Notes under the pieces: model-generated
What the model was told of the DNA's origin: nothing
The model's database searches: none
Seen by the model: the letters and a program-made list of their open reading frames with translations, nothing else
Assembly: GCA_977017645.1 (NCBI GenBank)
Contig: OZ360257.1
Span: 15,314,001 to 15,378,000 of the forward strand
DNA from: Torpedo marmorata
Lineage: Eukaryota
Length of the DNA stretch: 64,000 nt
Reading direction: 5' to 3'
Part shown: in pieces, positions 50,709 through 62,823 of the stretch
Layout: every line of letters begins with the position of its first letter
How positions within the stretch are numbered: the first letter of the stretch is position 1
Program-made: the position numbers and the translations under genes

Positions 50709-51622
50709 GTAACCTGCTCTCGATTGTGGTCCTGTCCCGGGGAATGTACGGCCTCTCCAAAGGAGTGATTCGTTACATGGTAACCATGGCAGTTGCAGAC
50801 ACAATGGTCTGTGTGTTTAACGTTACAGTGATATTCGTCTTCGGCTATCATTTTCCTCATTCATTCCTGGCACATACCTCCACTTGTCGTCTTACAGACT
50901 TCATACAGAAATCCAGCGTGCAATTCTCTGTCTGGGCCACGGTATCGTTCACAGTCGACCGCTTCATTGCCATTTGTTGCCAGCAATTCAAAACAAAATA
51001 TTGTACCGAAAGAAACGCCACGGTAGTTCTTACGACTGTGTGTGTGCTGAGCTTTTTGATGAACATTCCAGTTTATTTCCGGTATGAACCCCATTACATT
51101 GCGGGTGATGTCAAATGGGGCTGCAGTACTATAACACGATATATTTCTTCACCAGCATGGCATACTTACAGATGGTTGTCTAAACCTATGGTACCACTGG
51201 TGCCCCTGCCGCTGATGTTGCTGTTGAATTCTCTCACCGTCCGACACATTTTACTTGTCAGCAGAGCTCGGAGGGCTTTGAAGAGCCGTGGGGACGGTCA
51301 AGTGTTTGATACCGAGATGACGAACCGGAGAACGTCCATTATATTGCTCTTCGCCATTTCTTGTACCTTCATAGCGTTGTGGACACCGGTTACGATAATT
51401 GACCAATACTTCCATCTCACATTAAGCTTTTCGATCGACGCCCCGAAGTCACTGCTTCTGGCAATTAGAATCACGATTCTGCTGATGTATTTGAGCTGCT
51501 GTACAAACACTTGTGTTTATGCAATGACACAGAGGAGATTCCGGGATGAGGTGAAGAAGGTGGCAAAATATCCATTTATTGCCCTTGTACGGTTTTTAAA
51601 ACCTATGACGCAGCAACAATGA
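50709..51622 (+). CDS. gpr139-like: Family A unit-5 exon 2 (intact 914 nt); its own promoter and exon 1 are deleted, probable partner of exon 1 at 44153
   Basis: Acceptor TTACAG ends at 50708. No stop or frameshift before TGA at 51620-51622. Confidence 0.85.
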
Positions 51623-54600
51623 ATCAGAGATCATGGCCCTGTTCCTCCGTCCGCTTCCAATGTCGAATCTCGTCCTTTTTATTAATAATTCCCTGTAACG
51701 TAAGCCCCGTAAACCAAGCCAACCACACACACCATTCCCACACCAGCAATTCGGGACGTGTCCTCCTGTACTGCTAAATGGAGGCCATCCGCAAATTAGG
51801 CGACTACTGGATAACTGGATATTGTAAATGTCCAAACAATTAAATGAAATGTTCAACGACGTATTGCATGAATCACATTTTTCCCAGGTTAATCAATATT
51901 TCAAATTTGAGTTCAGGTTGGTTGTCGCATGTACGATGACCTCATGAGAGTGTTTTTTGATTTGTTATTTTTACAACATACCAGTTGGCATCTCATACAT
52001 AGAAGAAGGAGTGAGACACAACTAAAAAGTGCAGAGTTACAGAGAAGGAGAGAAAGTGAGAGTNNNNNNNNNNNNNNNNNNNNNNNNNNNNNNNNNNNNN
52101 NNNNNNNNNNNNNNNNNNNNNNNNNNNNNNNNNNNNNNNNNNNNNNNNNNNNNNNNNNNNNNNNNNNNNNNNNNNNNNNNNNNNNNNNNNNNNNNNNNNN
52201 NNNNNNNNNNNNNNNNNNNNNNNNNNNNNNNNNNNNNNNNNGAGGGGGAGAGGGAGAGATAGAGAGAGAGTTCAGTCGGTACGGAACAAAGGAGACATAA
52301 TTTCACTATCTTGGGACAAATACATAAAACCCATAGATTTCTCAGCAGGCCTGGTCGTCTGTGCCAGATCTTTTGAGGAAATTCCGCTGGAGAGCAGAAT
52401 CGAACGTCATCGGGTCAAGCATTTGCAAATTCTTTTCTTATTCAATTTTTAAAACGGCAGTATCCCAAACACAGGTCGTGTCATATTTAATGTTCTGTAA
52501 TATAGCATAACAATAAAATAAACTTGAATCTTCAATTTCTGCAGGATATAGATCAGGTGAATACTTGGGTAGGGCGTTTCCAGCTGGAATTTACTACCGA
52601 CAACTGCAAATAGTGCACGGCACATGCACTAAATGTTCCATCAGGAAGGAAACGTGATGAACAGAGAGACATGGGAGTCTGAATTCATAGTTGACTGAAT
52701 TCAGCAACACGGTTTTTAGGGTGATGGTGCCTTCCTAGTTCGAGGATAATATATAGGATCTCGAATTTCACAAACACTGTTCAGACTGTACTTGAAGTAT
52801 TGTTTGCAGTTCTGGTCGCCACACTATTTATGTGATTGGACCGGAGTTGTTGCAGTGGAAATTCACCAGGATGTTGCCTGGAAAGGAGGACGAGCTGTGG
52901 AAGGTGCTTAATAGGAAGGGGCCTATTTTCCCTGGAGCACAGCAGGTTTAGGAACGAGCTGTGAAATATAAGTAAGATGATGAGAGTCACCGATAGGGAA
53001 GATGTTCAAAATCTATTTCTAATGCCAGGGTTAACAAAAGTAAGTGGACACGAGTTTAAGGTGAGTTTTAAGGGGAATCTAGGAGATTGTCTTTTTAAAC
53101 AGGCATATGAAGCAAAGAAATATGCTGGAGGAACTCAGTAGGTCGAACATCATTCGTGGAGATAAGATACATCGACGTTTCGGGTCAGAAACCTTCATCA
53201 CGTTTAATATCTGATTTGCTCTTCTCGGGGATGCGGTGAAGTCAGATATAATTCTCCAAACACATCAGTAAGGAAGCCACTATTTCTGTTGGGTGCTGCA
53301 CTTGACTCAATTACCTTTATGAAGTTATCTCTCACGTATTCGGTGATGATCTATTTTATTACCCCGGACGTCTGCTCAACAGCTGAATTCCCATCAATGG
53401 GTTCTAATTTCCTTAACCGTCACTATGAACAGTGGGAGGACGAGCATTCCAGCATAACAGTTCCTGAATCAGAAAAAACGTAACAAGTTAATACTTGAAA
53501 CTTGTGCTGCTTCCACTAGGCTCCATAATCATATGTGTGGTCAATCTTAAATGATTGAACACATCGGCCTTTTATTGATCATCTCTGGTCCAAACGCTGT
53601 TGGCTTGAGTGGTGAGGTGAGCCGATAGTTATCCCGGCCGTCAATATCGAAAAGTGAAATTATTCAGCAGATATAATCAATGTTTACAGTCCTTTGAGTC
53701 CTAAGATCGCCTTGCTAATATCTGGAACCCTTGTTCAATTTGGTATCACGTGTGAATATCTTCCGACACTCCCATTACATAACAATACAGAACATAGAAC
53801 AGTAGAGCCTGAAAGGGCTTCCCTCGGGTACGGTTTCTATCTTCCTCCTCTCCCGGGGTCCGAAACTCGTCGTGGCCGCTGCCGAGCCGAGGCGTCACTG
53901 TCTTGGTGACAGACACCGAGGGTACATGATTTTACTTACAAATACAGTCGGACCCTTTATCGGCCATTTTAAAGCCTGTACGTGTCAGCCGGCATTAGGA
54001 CCGGGCATTGGAACCCTTCGGAGTAGTGCTATGTCTCGTGGACAAGCGCTGTTTCTGTGTCAGAAATGTCAGTCTAAGGCTTTGGGAGCCGGTCTGATAC
54101 TTGAGGTATGATGTTAAAATTAGAACTCTGCTGAATCTTGCATCACAATTAATACGCAGGGAATTCTACAGAATTCTGCCGATGCTGTGATTGTAGTGCA
54201 ATACACAAAAGTACAGAATAAACTCAGCATCTCATGCAACGTCCATTGGAAGGAAAGTTATATACATCCTGATTTACTCCAGCACTATTGTGTATTGCAC
54301 TAATATCCAGGGATGTTTTCATTTATCTTTTATCTAACTGCAAAACTGACAAGGTTTTTTTTTTAATCGAGCAAAGTCGCCATGGAGCGGTACGCCATAC
54401 ATTTGAACGAACCAATGGGCGCTCTGTGGAATTTTCAAATACTTTTATCCAAAATAAACATTATTACCAATAAAATAATTTACAAAATAAAACCCTTCAG
54501 TCTTATCGCGGCATTTGTGTCATATCCATAGATAGGCATCACTCTACATTGTTAAAGTCGTTCTCTTTTAAGCACGTTTGCCACCGGGCCGATACTCCCC

Positions 54601-57600
54601 CAACTGGTGATTGAGGCTTCCCCTCCGGTCTCAGCCCCTCAATACCCGGTAACGGAAGTACTGAACACCGTGCTCCATCCACACGGCGCCATCGCGTTGG
54701 CTGCAAGCGCATGCATAATGCAGGTGCTGATCAACTACACTTTGAGAACGACCGACAATAGCTAAGTAGCATGCTTTAACTTTTAAATTTAAATTTAGAT
54801 TATTATTTTTTAATTTAGACGTACAGCACGATAACAACCCCTTTCGGTCCACAAGCCCATGCCACCTAATCACACCCAATTGACCTACACACCCAGTACG
54901 TTTGAAGGGTGGGAGCAAACCGGAGTCCGTTGGGAAAACCCACGCAGACACGGGTAGAACGTAAAAACTCCTCACAGTCAGCGTGGGATTCGATCCCCAG
55001 TCCCACTCGCTGGCGCTGTAACAGGGTTGCGCTAACCGCTACGCTAACTGTGCCGCTCAGCGAAGAAGATCGAGTAAGTTATTTTGAAAAATAATAAGAC
55101 CCAAATTCTGATTTTCAAGATTTTCCCTTCCAAAGGCAGGGTTCATAATGCTGAAAATATTATTTGCAGTAGTTCTACGTTGTTATGCAAGTTAAATCGG
55201 CAATTTATTGGCACAAACGTCGATAGCTGTTGACAAATTTAAGAAGCCCAAAGAAATAATATGAACAATTTGTGGGAGAATTCGGAAAATCAATTTCAAT
55301 TTGCAATATTTCATCCGAATTATTTGATCTGATTTTTGTGTGGATTTCAGAACAATTATATTTCTAACCCAAAGGCAAAATGATATAGTATTTTTCAAGA
55401 TTCCAACAGTGTGAATTTAAACAATACTAAGGAACAGGCAAATCATCACAAGGTCTCGGGTTTGTTGGTTCCTTCACGAATCTATAAATACACATCGTCA
55501 CTATAATAATGCGATGTGGATATATTTTGTTTGGAATGATTCGTCTTCCTGATCGACATCAGCAGTTATGACTTTATTTAATCTGTTTGCTCCAATGCAA
55601 ATCTGCGACTAATGACAATAATTTCGTGTTCATGTGTCATTATGTGTCAGGTTTACTTTATTTATAAGTCAGGCATTGCTGTGAATTCCATGAAGCCAGT
55701 GGTTTTCAAACTTTTTCTTTCCACTAACATACCACCTTAAATAATCACTGTGGCATCGGTGCTCTGTGATTAGTAAGGGTTACTTAAATTGGTATGTAAT
55801 TGGGGGAAAAAAGATTGAGAACCACTGCTCCAGACCTAATTGTTACTGAAATATTTTGCTTAATAAAAATTGTCATTGGCCCATTTCCTTTGGAGTTATG
55901 AAGCCGTGCACATAACGAGTCAACGAGGTATGATTAAAACAGTGGTTTTCAAACTTTTTATTTCCACTCACATACCACCTTAAATAATCCCTTACTAATC
56001 ACAGAGCAACTGTGGCATAGGGATTACTTAATGTGGTGTGTGAGTGTGAAGAAAAAGTTTGAAAACCACTGCATGAAACTAGATGGCGCAACTGCATCTC
56101 ATCTGTCCAATCATGGAGCGACCAGTAATTTTAGAGAACGAAAAGAATAACAATCCTATTCTTAGAATAGTTCGTGTACATCGTAAGCCATGTAACATCT
56201 GCTAAAACTTCTTTTCATACTCGAGTTTTCAAGTCAAGTTTTTTGTCATCTGATTGTACAAGTACAACCCGAAGAAACAGCGTTCTCTGGTGTAGGTGCA
56301 AAACATGCAGACATACAACCAGACATAAAACACATACAGACAATTAATACGTATTTACGTCATACATATAATACATTTTAAGGCACAGCTTCTCCAACCG
56401 GCGCAATGCTCTTGTCCATTGAATAAACGCGTTGCTTTTGCTGACGTAAATTCCCAAATTTATAGAAACAACTCCCAAGTATTCGTGTTGCATTTCGATT
56501 TTTAATATACTGCATCAAAATGTGGTGACATAAAATTGAGGGAATTAATGGAAAATAGCTAATGGTTTATCTCTGCACGTGGCGAAATAATTTTTAATGG
56601 AAGTCAACCACTCAGAAAAGATCCCCGCATGCCGATCCAATATAAGGAAGGTATGTGCGCAACATTGCTTTATTTCAAAGAGATTTTCCGCCGCTCACGT
56701 TAAATTCAAGAAACAGTCTGGTGGCTTTTGTTTCCTCGAATTACCTCCAGCTAAAGGATTTGAGACAGCAGGATCAGAGCAGCCTGTGTGTTCCAAGTAC
56801 AAGCAGCAGCTACATGGAGCTTCCCAGTTCTCCAGACAGTTGTAGACCTCGATCAAAACCAGGCTGCAATACCATTCTAGCAACGAAAATGATCCATAAT
56901 TATTTGGAGGAATTGGGCATGATTCGTCGTCTGATTTTTAACTTCCACCAAGTATAATGTGCAGCAAGATCATGAAAGAAATACAATAAATCAAAGGTAA
57001 CAACAAGAACAGCATTTGCAAAGAAAATTGAAAATAATTCCGAGGTCCAGGATGAATCCACAGTTGGAGAGAAGGGGATTGATTAAGGGGAGATAGCATA
57101 GCTTTGTTGTTGGCAGATTATATACAACCAATTTTATTTTTGTTTCGAGGAACAGCTCAATGTATCGATGAGAGTACTGCAGTTCATGAAGTTGACACGA
57201 ATTTCGGTACGACCCTGTCAAATATCCAGACAATGGGCTTGCACGGTTAGCGTAGCGGTTAGTGCAACACAGTTACAGGGCCAGTGTCCCGGGTTCGAAC
57301 CCGGCCCTGTCTGTGAGGAGTTTGTCCGTTCTCCATGTGTTTGCGTGGGCTTCCTCCGGGTGATCCGGTTTCCTCCCACCCTTTAAAACGTATCTTTATT
57401 GGGTTATTTGAGCGGCACAGACTGGGCCAGAAAGGCCTGTTACGGTGCTGTATGTCTAAATAATGCACTGGTCCACAGTTTAAGGTATCAAAGGTAATTT
57501 GGAAATTCGGATTCAATGTTTGCCTCGTAACAGAAGCTAATAGTTAATGATGGAATATTGAATATAAAATATAGAAATCTTCAACGTAGTATAGGCCATT

Positions 57601-59728
57601 TGGGCCATAGTTTTATGCCAACCTTATAATCTCCGCTTCCAAGAATTCCGAGAATTTCCGTCCTGTATAACGCTCATTTTCTCTCTGTTCCATGCACCAA
57701 TATACTCGTCTCTAAAAATATCCTATTGTACCTGCCTCTAAAACAGTTGCCAGCAGTGAATTCCACGCACCCATTCCTCTCTGTGTGAAGATTGTACCTC
57801 TAACCCTCCCCATGTACTTATCCGAAGCACTTTTAAAGGCCCCCCCCCCGGCTGAATGGAGATTTTCCTTTGCGTGTGGAAACCTTTCTTCCACAGTGCC
57901 AAAACGTCAAACTATTGGGGGGACTCAGCGGATTGAACAGCGTGTGTGTGTGTGTGTTTCTGTATGTGTGTGTTTGTGTTTTGTGTGTGTGTGTGTGTGT
58001 GTGAGTGTGTGAGTGGGCGGGTGTCAGCGATAGTGGAGTTTTCGGGACGATACTTTGCCTCAGGGCCATGCTTGAAACTCAGCTCAGCAAGGTCAAGTTT
58101 GACCCTCTTTTCAGAAGAGATGAATCTGATCTCGGCTTCCATATGACATCAACGTTATTAAAGTAAATGCGCACAAGTCTAAGTAGAGCAAACATGCAGT
58201 CTCATCGCGCTTAAGCCACACTCTTAAAACTACCAGAGAAACGTGGTTCAATAATAATAATATAATTTCAGCAAATCACGAAGTGTCTGCTGTTCTGCCT
58301 TCAGATCAGAGAACATTATTAATCTAAATCTCTAAAAAGGGTAATAGAGAGTATCCTGAGAATTACAGACAGGTGAGGCTTACGTCAGTGGTGTGAAAAC
58401 TATCGGAGAGGATTCTTAAGGACACGATTTATGAGCATTTGGAGACGTACAGTCGTCTGAGAGACATAAGCATGGCTTTGTGAGGGGATGGTCGTGCCTC
58501 ATGAGCCTCATGGCATTTTCTGAGGAGATAACAAAATATATTGAGGAAAGTGTGCCTTTAGACAAGGTACATATGGATTTCAGTTAGGCGTTTGACATGG
58601 TTCCCCATGAAAGACTCGGTCATAAAGACATCAGGCATTCTATCCACGGAATCTCAGCTGTGTGGATAAAAAATTGGCTTGCCTGTAGAAAGCAGAGGAC
58701 GGAACAGAAAGTATTCTGTCTGAACATCAGTGACTAGTTGAGTTCCGCAGGGATATATTCTAGAACCCCTGCTCTTTGTGCATTTTATAAATGACCGAGA
58801 TGAAGAGCGGAAGGGTGTGTCAGTAGGTTTTCAGATGATATAATGGTTGGAGGAGCTGCAGTTAGGGTTGAGGTTTGTCGTAGATTACAATGCAGAGATG
58901 GGCGCAAAGGTGGCAGATCGACTTCAATCCGGATAAGTTTGTGAAGCAGTTTGGAAGGTCAAACCTTGATGAATACAGCATTAATGGTCGGATACTTAAG
59001 AGTGTGGAGGAACAGAAGGACCTTGAAGTTCAAATCCATAGATCTCTCAATGTTTCCGCGCAGGTTGATAGGATAGTTAAGAAGGCCTAGGGATGCTGGG
59101 TTTCAATAATAAGGAGATTGAGTTCAATAGTATAGAGGTCATGTTGCAACTCTACACACCTCTGGTTAGACCATACTTATAGTATTTTATTCAGTTATGG
59201 CCACATCGTTATTGGAAGGATGTGGAAACTGTGGAGAGGGTGCGGAGGAGATTTACCAGTGTATTGCCTGGATTGGCAAATGTCTTCCAAGGCAAGGTTA
59301 GTAGAGCAGGGACTTTTTTGTTTGGAGTGAAGAAGGATGAGAGGTGAATTAATCAAAGTCTACATGAATATAGACAGAAGATAGGGAAGACAGCAAGCGC
59401 CTTTTCGCAGGGAGGGAATAGCAAACACCAGAGGACGTATGCACAAAGTGAAGGGAGGAAGGTTGAGGGGAGATATCAGAGGTAAATTATTCACACAGAG
59501 ATGGAGGAGCCGGCAATGTTTTGCCAGGTTGGTGGTGGGGGCTGAATCATTTTGGGTATTTAAGAGACTCGTAGACAGGCACATGGATGAACGAAAATTA
59601 GAGGATTAAAAGTTTGGAAGGTTTCAGTATTTTCTTGGTAGGAATATACAGATCGGCACAACATTGAAGGCCGAATAGCCAGTACTGTGCTGTCATGTTC
59701 CATGTTCTATGTTCTATGTTTTGAAACT

Positions 59729-60872
59729 ATTTTGCTGCCAATCGTCATTCTGTTCCATGTAATTTACGGCCTCTCAAAATGCATCACTCAGTGGTTGTTG
59801 GGAATGGCAGAAGCTGACTGAGAAGTTGTGAAACTGTTTTTGAATTGATATGAGATTAACGATCGGTATTTTCCACATTCACACTTCAATCAGACTTCTC
59901 TCTGTAGAGTTATTCTGACCATGTTATGTCTTTCCATTGACGGTTCAATGTGACTAACTGTGGCTTTCATGTTCGATCGATTTTATGCTATTTGTCACCA
60001 AACGCTACCAGCAAAATATTGCACTGAAAATAATTCATCTGTAGCGAAAGCGCGGTGGAATTTTCCTCAACATTTGGGATAAAACACCATTTTATTTACT
60101 AACGTCGGGAAGTAATTGATAACGTTGAATTATCCTGCAATGTAATATCATGCTTTTACACCTTATGAATTTGAGCAGTTATTCTCTGGCAGTAAAAAGT
60201 CTTTAACTCATTTACTCTTTATGTCTTTATCTTGGCGCCACATTCCCTGACCATCAGCCGCATTATACTGGCTATCCGAGCGATGAGCAAACTCCGAAGA
60301 AAGAACACCAATGGGAACCGCAGTGTCGCAGAGATGGGGAACCGCAGGAAACCGATAATGTTGTTGCTGGTCATTTCCAGCACGTTTATTCTCTTCAGGA
60401 TGGCTTTCATATGCGTGCAATTTACTGTTGCGCATATTTTTGAAGGAAGCTGCAATGATTCCTTCACCATTGCGGGATTGTCGGGTTATATGCTGAAGTT
60501 TTCGATTTCTTGCCCAATCCCATTGTTAACAACAGCGGTTAGAGTAACGCTATTACAGCGCCAGCGACCCGGGTTCATTTCCGGCGCTACTGGAAGGAGC
60601 TTGTACGTTCTCCCCATGTCTACGAGTGTTTCCTCCGTGCCCTCCGGTTTCCTCCCAAATAAAAAAAAACGTAAGGAGGTTGAAAGTTAATTGTGGTATT
60701 TTGGTGGGACGGTCTCGTGGGCCGGAAGTGCCTGTTCCCGTTCCAATGCTAGATTTAAAATTTAAACCACTTCCTTGTTGCACTGTCCCAGAGAAAATTC
60801 AGAGAGGGTCTGAAGAATCTGGTAAAATGTCCAGTGACTCTTCTTACCAAGGCAAACAACTGCAAGGAAAGA
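59729..60872 (+). pseudogene. Family B GPCR pseudogene copy
   Basis: Same lesions as the other family B copies. Confidence 0.87.
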
Positions 60873-62771
60873 CACCAGTTTATTTTCTCACATAACAAAA
60901 TGAATAACCTCGAACAAAGTAAACAAAAATCACTGTACGTGCATGATCACAAAGTAACCTTCAAATGAAAATTGGGTCTCTGGAAGGTGCACAGAACATA
61001 AAATATACAACACACTGCAGTCCCTTCAGTACACGACGTGGTGCCAATTTACGTAAACCCATTCCACAACAATATAATTTCCCAAGCGCACACCTATAAC
61101 GCTATATCTTTCTTACACCCTGTTCCTATCGTGGAGACATTGGAATGTCCCTATTGTAGCAGCCTCCACCACCACCACAGGCAATGATTTCGAGGGACCA
61201 ATCACTATCTGTTTAAAAACTTACCTTCCACATTTGCCTTAAAGTTTCCTTTACTCACCTTAATAAGCTGTCCTCCGGTATTAACTATTGTCGCCCCAGG
61301 AATCAGGTGCAGAATGTCCAAACTTTCGAAGCCGCCTCATAACCTTATCTACCTTTGTTTATTCACCTGTCATCCACAGAGAAATTCTCTATCTCTGTCA
61401 ACCTTGCTCCACATGACTTGGTCTCCAATCCAGGCAATAGAATATCCTGATAAATATCTGCACCCTCTCCAATGCATCTACATACTTGCAGAAACAAAGC
61501 GACCAGAACTGAACGTAATATTCCAAGTGTGGTCTCACCAGAGTTTTATGGGTCTGCAACATTTCCTCTCGGATTTTATCCGACGAATGAAGGCCAACCC
61601 ACCACACACCTTCTTGACTAGCGCGTCAACGTGCGCACCAACCTTGAGGGTGTATTAACATGGACCCCAAGATCTCTCAGTTCCTCCAAACTGTTAGAAC
61701 TTCTGCCATTAACACGCACTTCGCCTTCGATTCGACCTCCAAAGTGCACTACACTTAACCGTATAGAACTCAATCTGCCACTTCTCTGCCCAACTCCGCA
61801 TCCTGTCTATATCGCGTTGTAACCCACGGCAGCCTTCTGCACTTCCAACAACACTGTGAACCGTTGTATCATTAGCAAATGCAAAGAAAATAGAGCACAG
61901 AAAGAAATTCTCTGATTGGACTTGATGCCTTCGAACCAACCCTCAGCGTTGATGCATTACCCCAAATACCACAGGCGATCCAAACACTCCTCGGATCTGT
62001 GTGGCGTTTGCAACAAAAATTAACCCAGCATTTCAAGCGGGATGGTTCACGTCACAGTTCGGCGGAATGCATTTACAGCGTCAGCGACGAGGGTTCAAAT
62101 ACAGCGCTGCCCTGGAAGGAGTTTTATTGCTTTCCCTCGTGAACTGCTCGGTTTCCCCGGGTACTCTGGGTTCTTCCCACTCACGAAAAAAAGTATGGGG
62201 TTGGCATGTTCAGTGGATGCCATTTGGCAGCAGGGGCGTCGGTATAGTTTAAATAAAAGTTCAGTCAAGCCAGCATGGCAGTTGACGAGTGAAAACAAAT
62301 CATCAGGTCAGACCGACTGATGAACTTCTGAAAACTCATGGGAACAAAGTTATTTTCAGGTGTATAATAATGAAAAGGAAAATATGTGTGATAATCAGGA
62401 TCATTGGGAACAAATAACAGAGAGAATTGCGAACAGGTACCCCCAGGGACGAAGTTAAAGCGAAGCAAATGGCGATAGATGAAGGCGACACTCCAGTGTC
62501 ACGGTTCCACGTCAGGTGATGCAGCGAGCTCGCACCTGAACCTTGTTTATTACGATAACTGGTGTTAGTTACTCTGGGCGGAGCGATCTCAGGTCATTAA
62601 CTTAGAATGAACTGATACTGTTTGTTAAATCGAGTATGTGGAGGTGTTATGTAATTTAATGTCCCAGTAGAACGGCTGCCCTATAAATTAGGCTTCACAG
62701 AGAAACTCTTCGTTTTCACATATTCATATGTGCTGTGGAGAAACCGCTCTTATCCTCAAAAGATACCACGA

Positions 62772-62823
62772 ATGGACGCCACGGAGATCTTCTATCCCAT
62801 TCTTGCAATTGTCGGCATTCCTG
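62772..62823 (+). CDS. gpr139-like: Family A copy 6, exon 1 (MDATEIFYPILAIVGIP+G); exon 2 would lie beyond the window
   Basis: ATG at 62772 (upstream ATG is ATA). Donor GTAAGT at 62824. Intron sequence continues to the window end. Confidence 0.8.
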
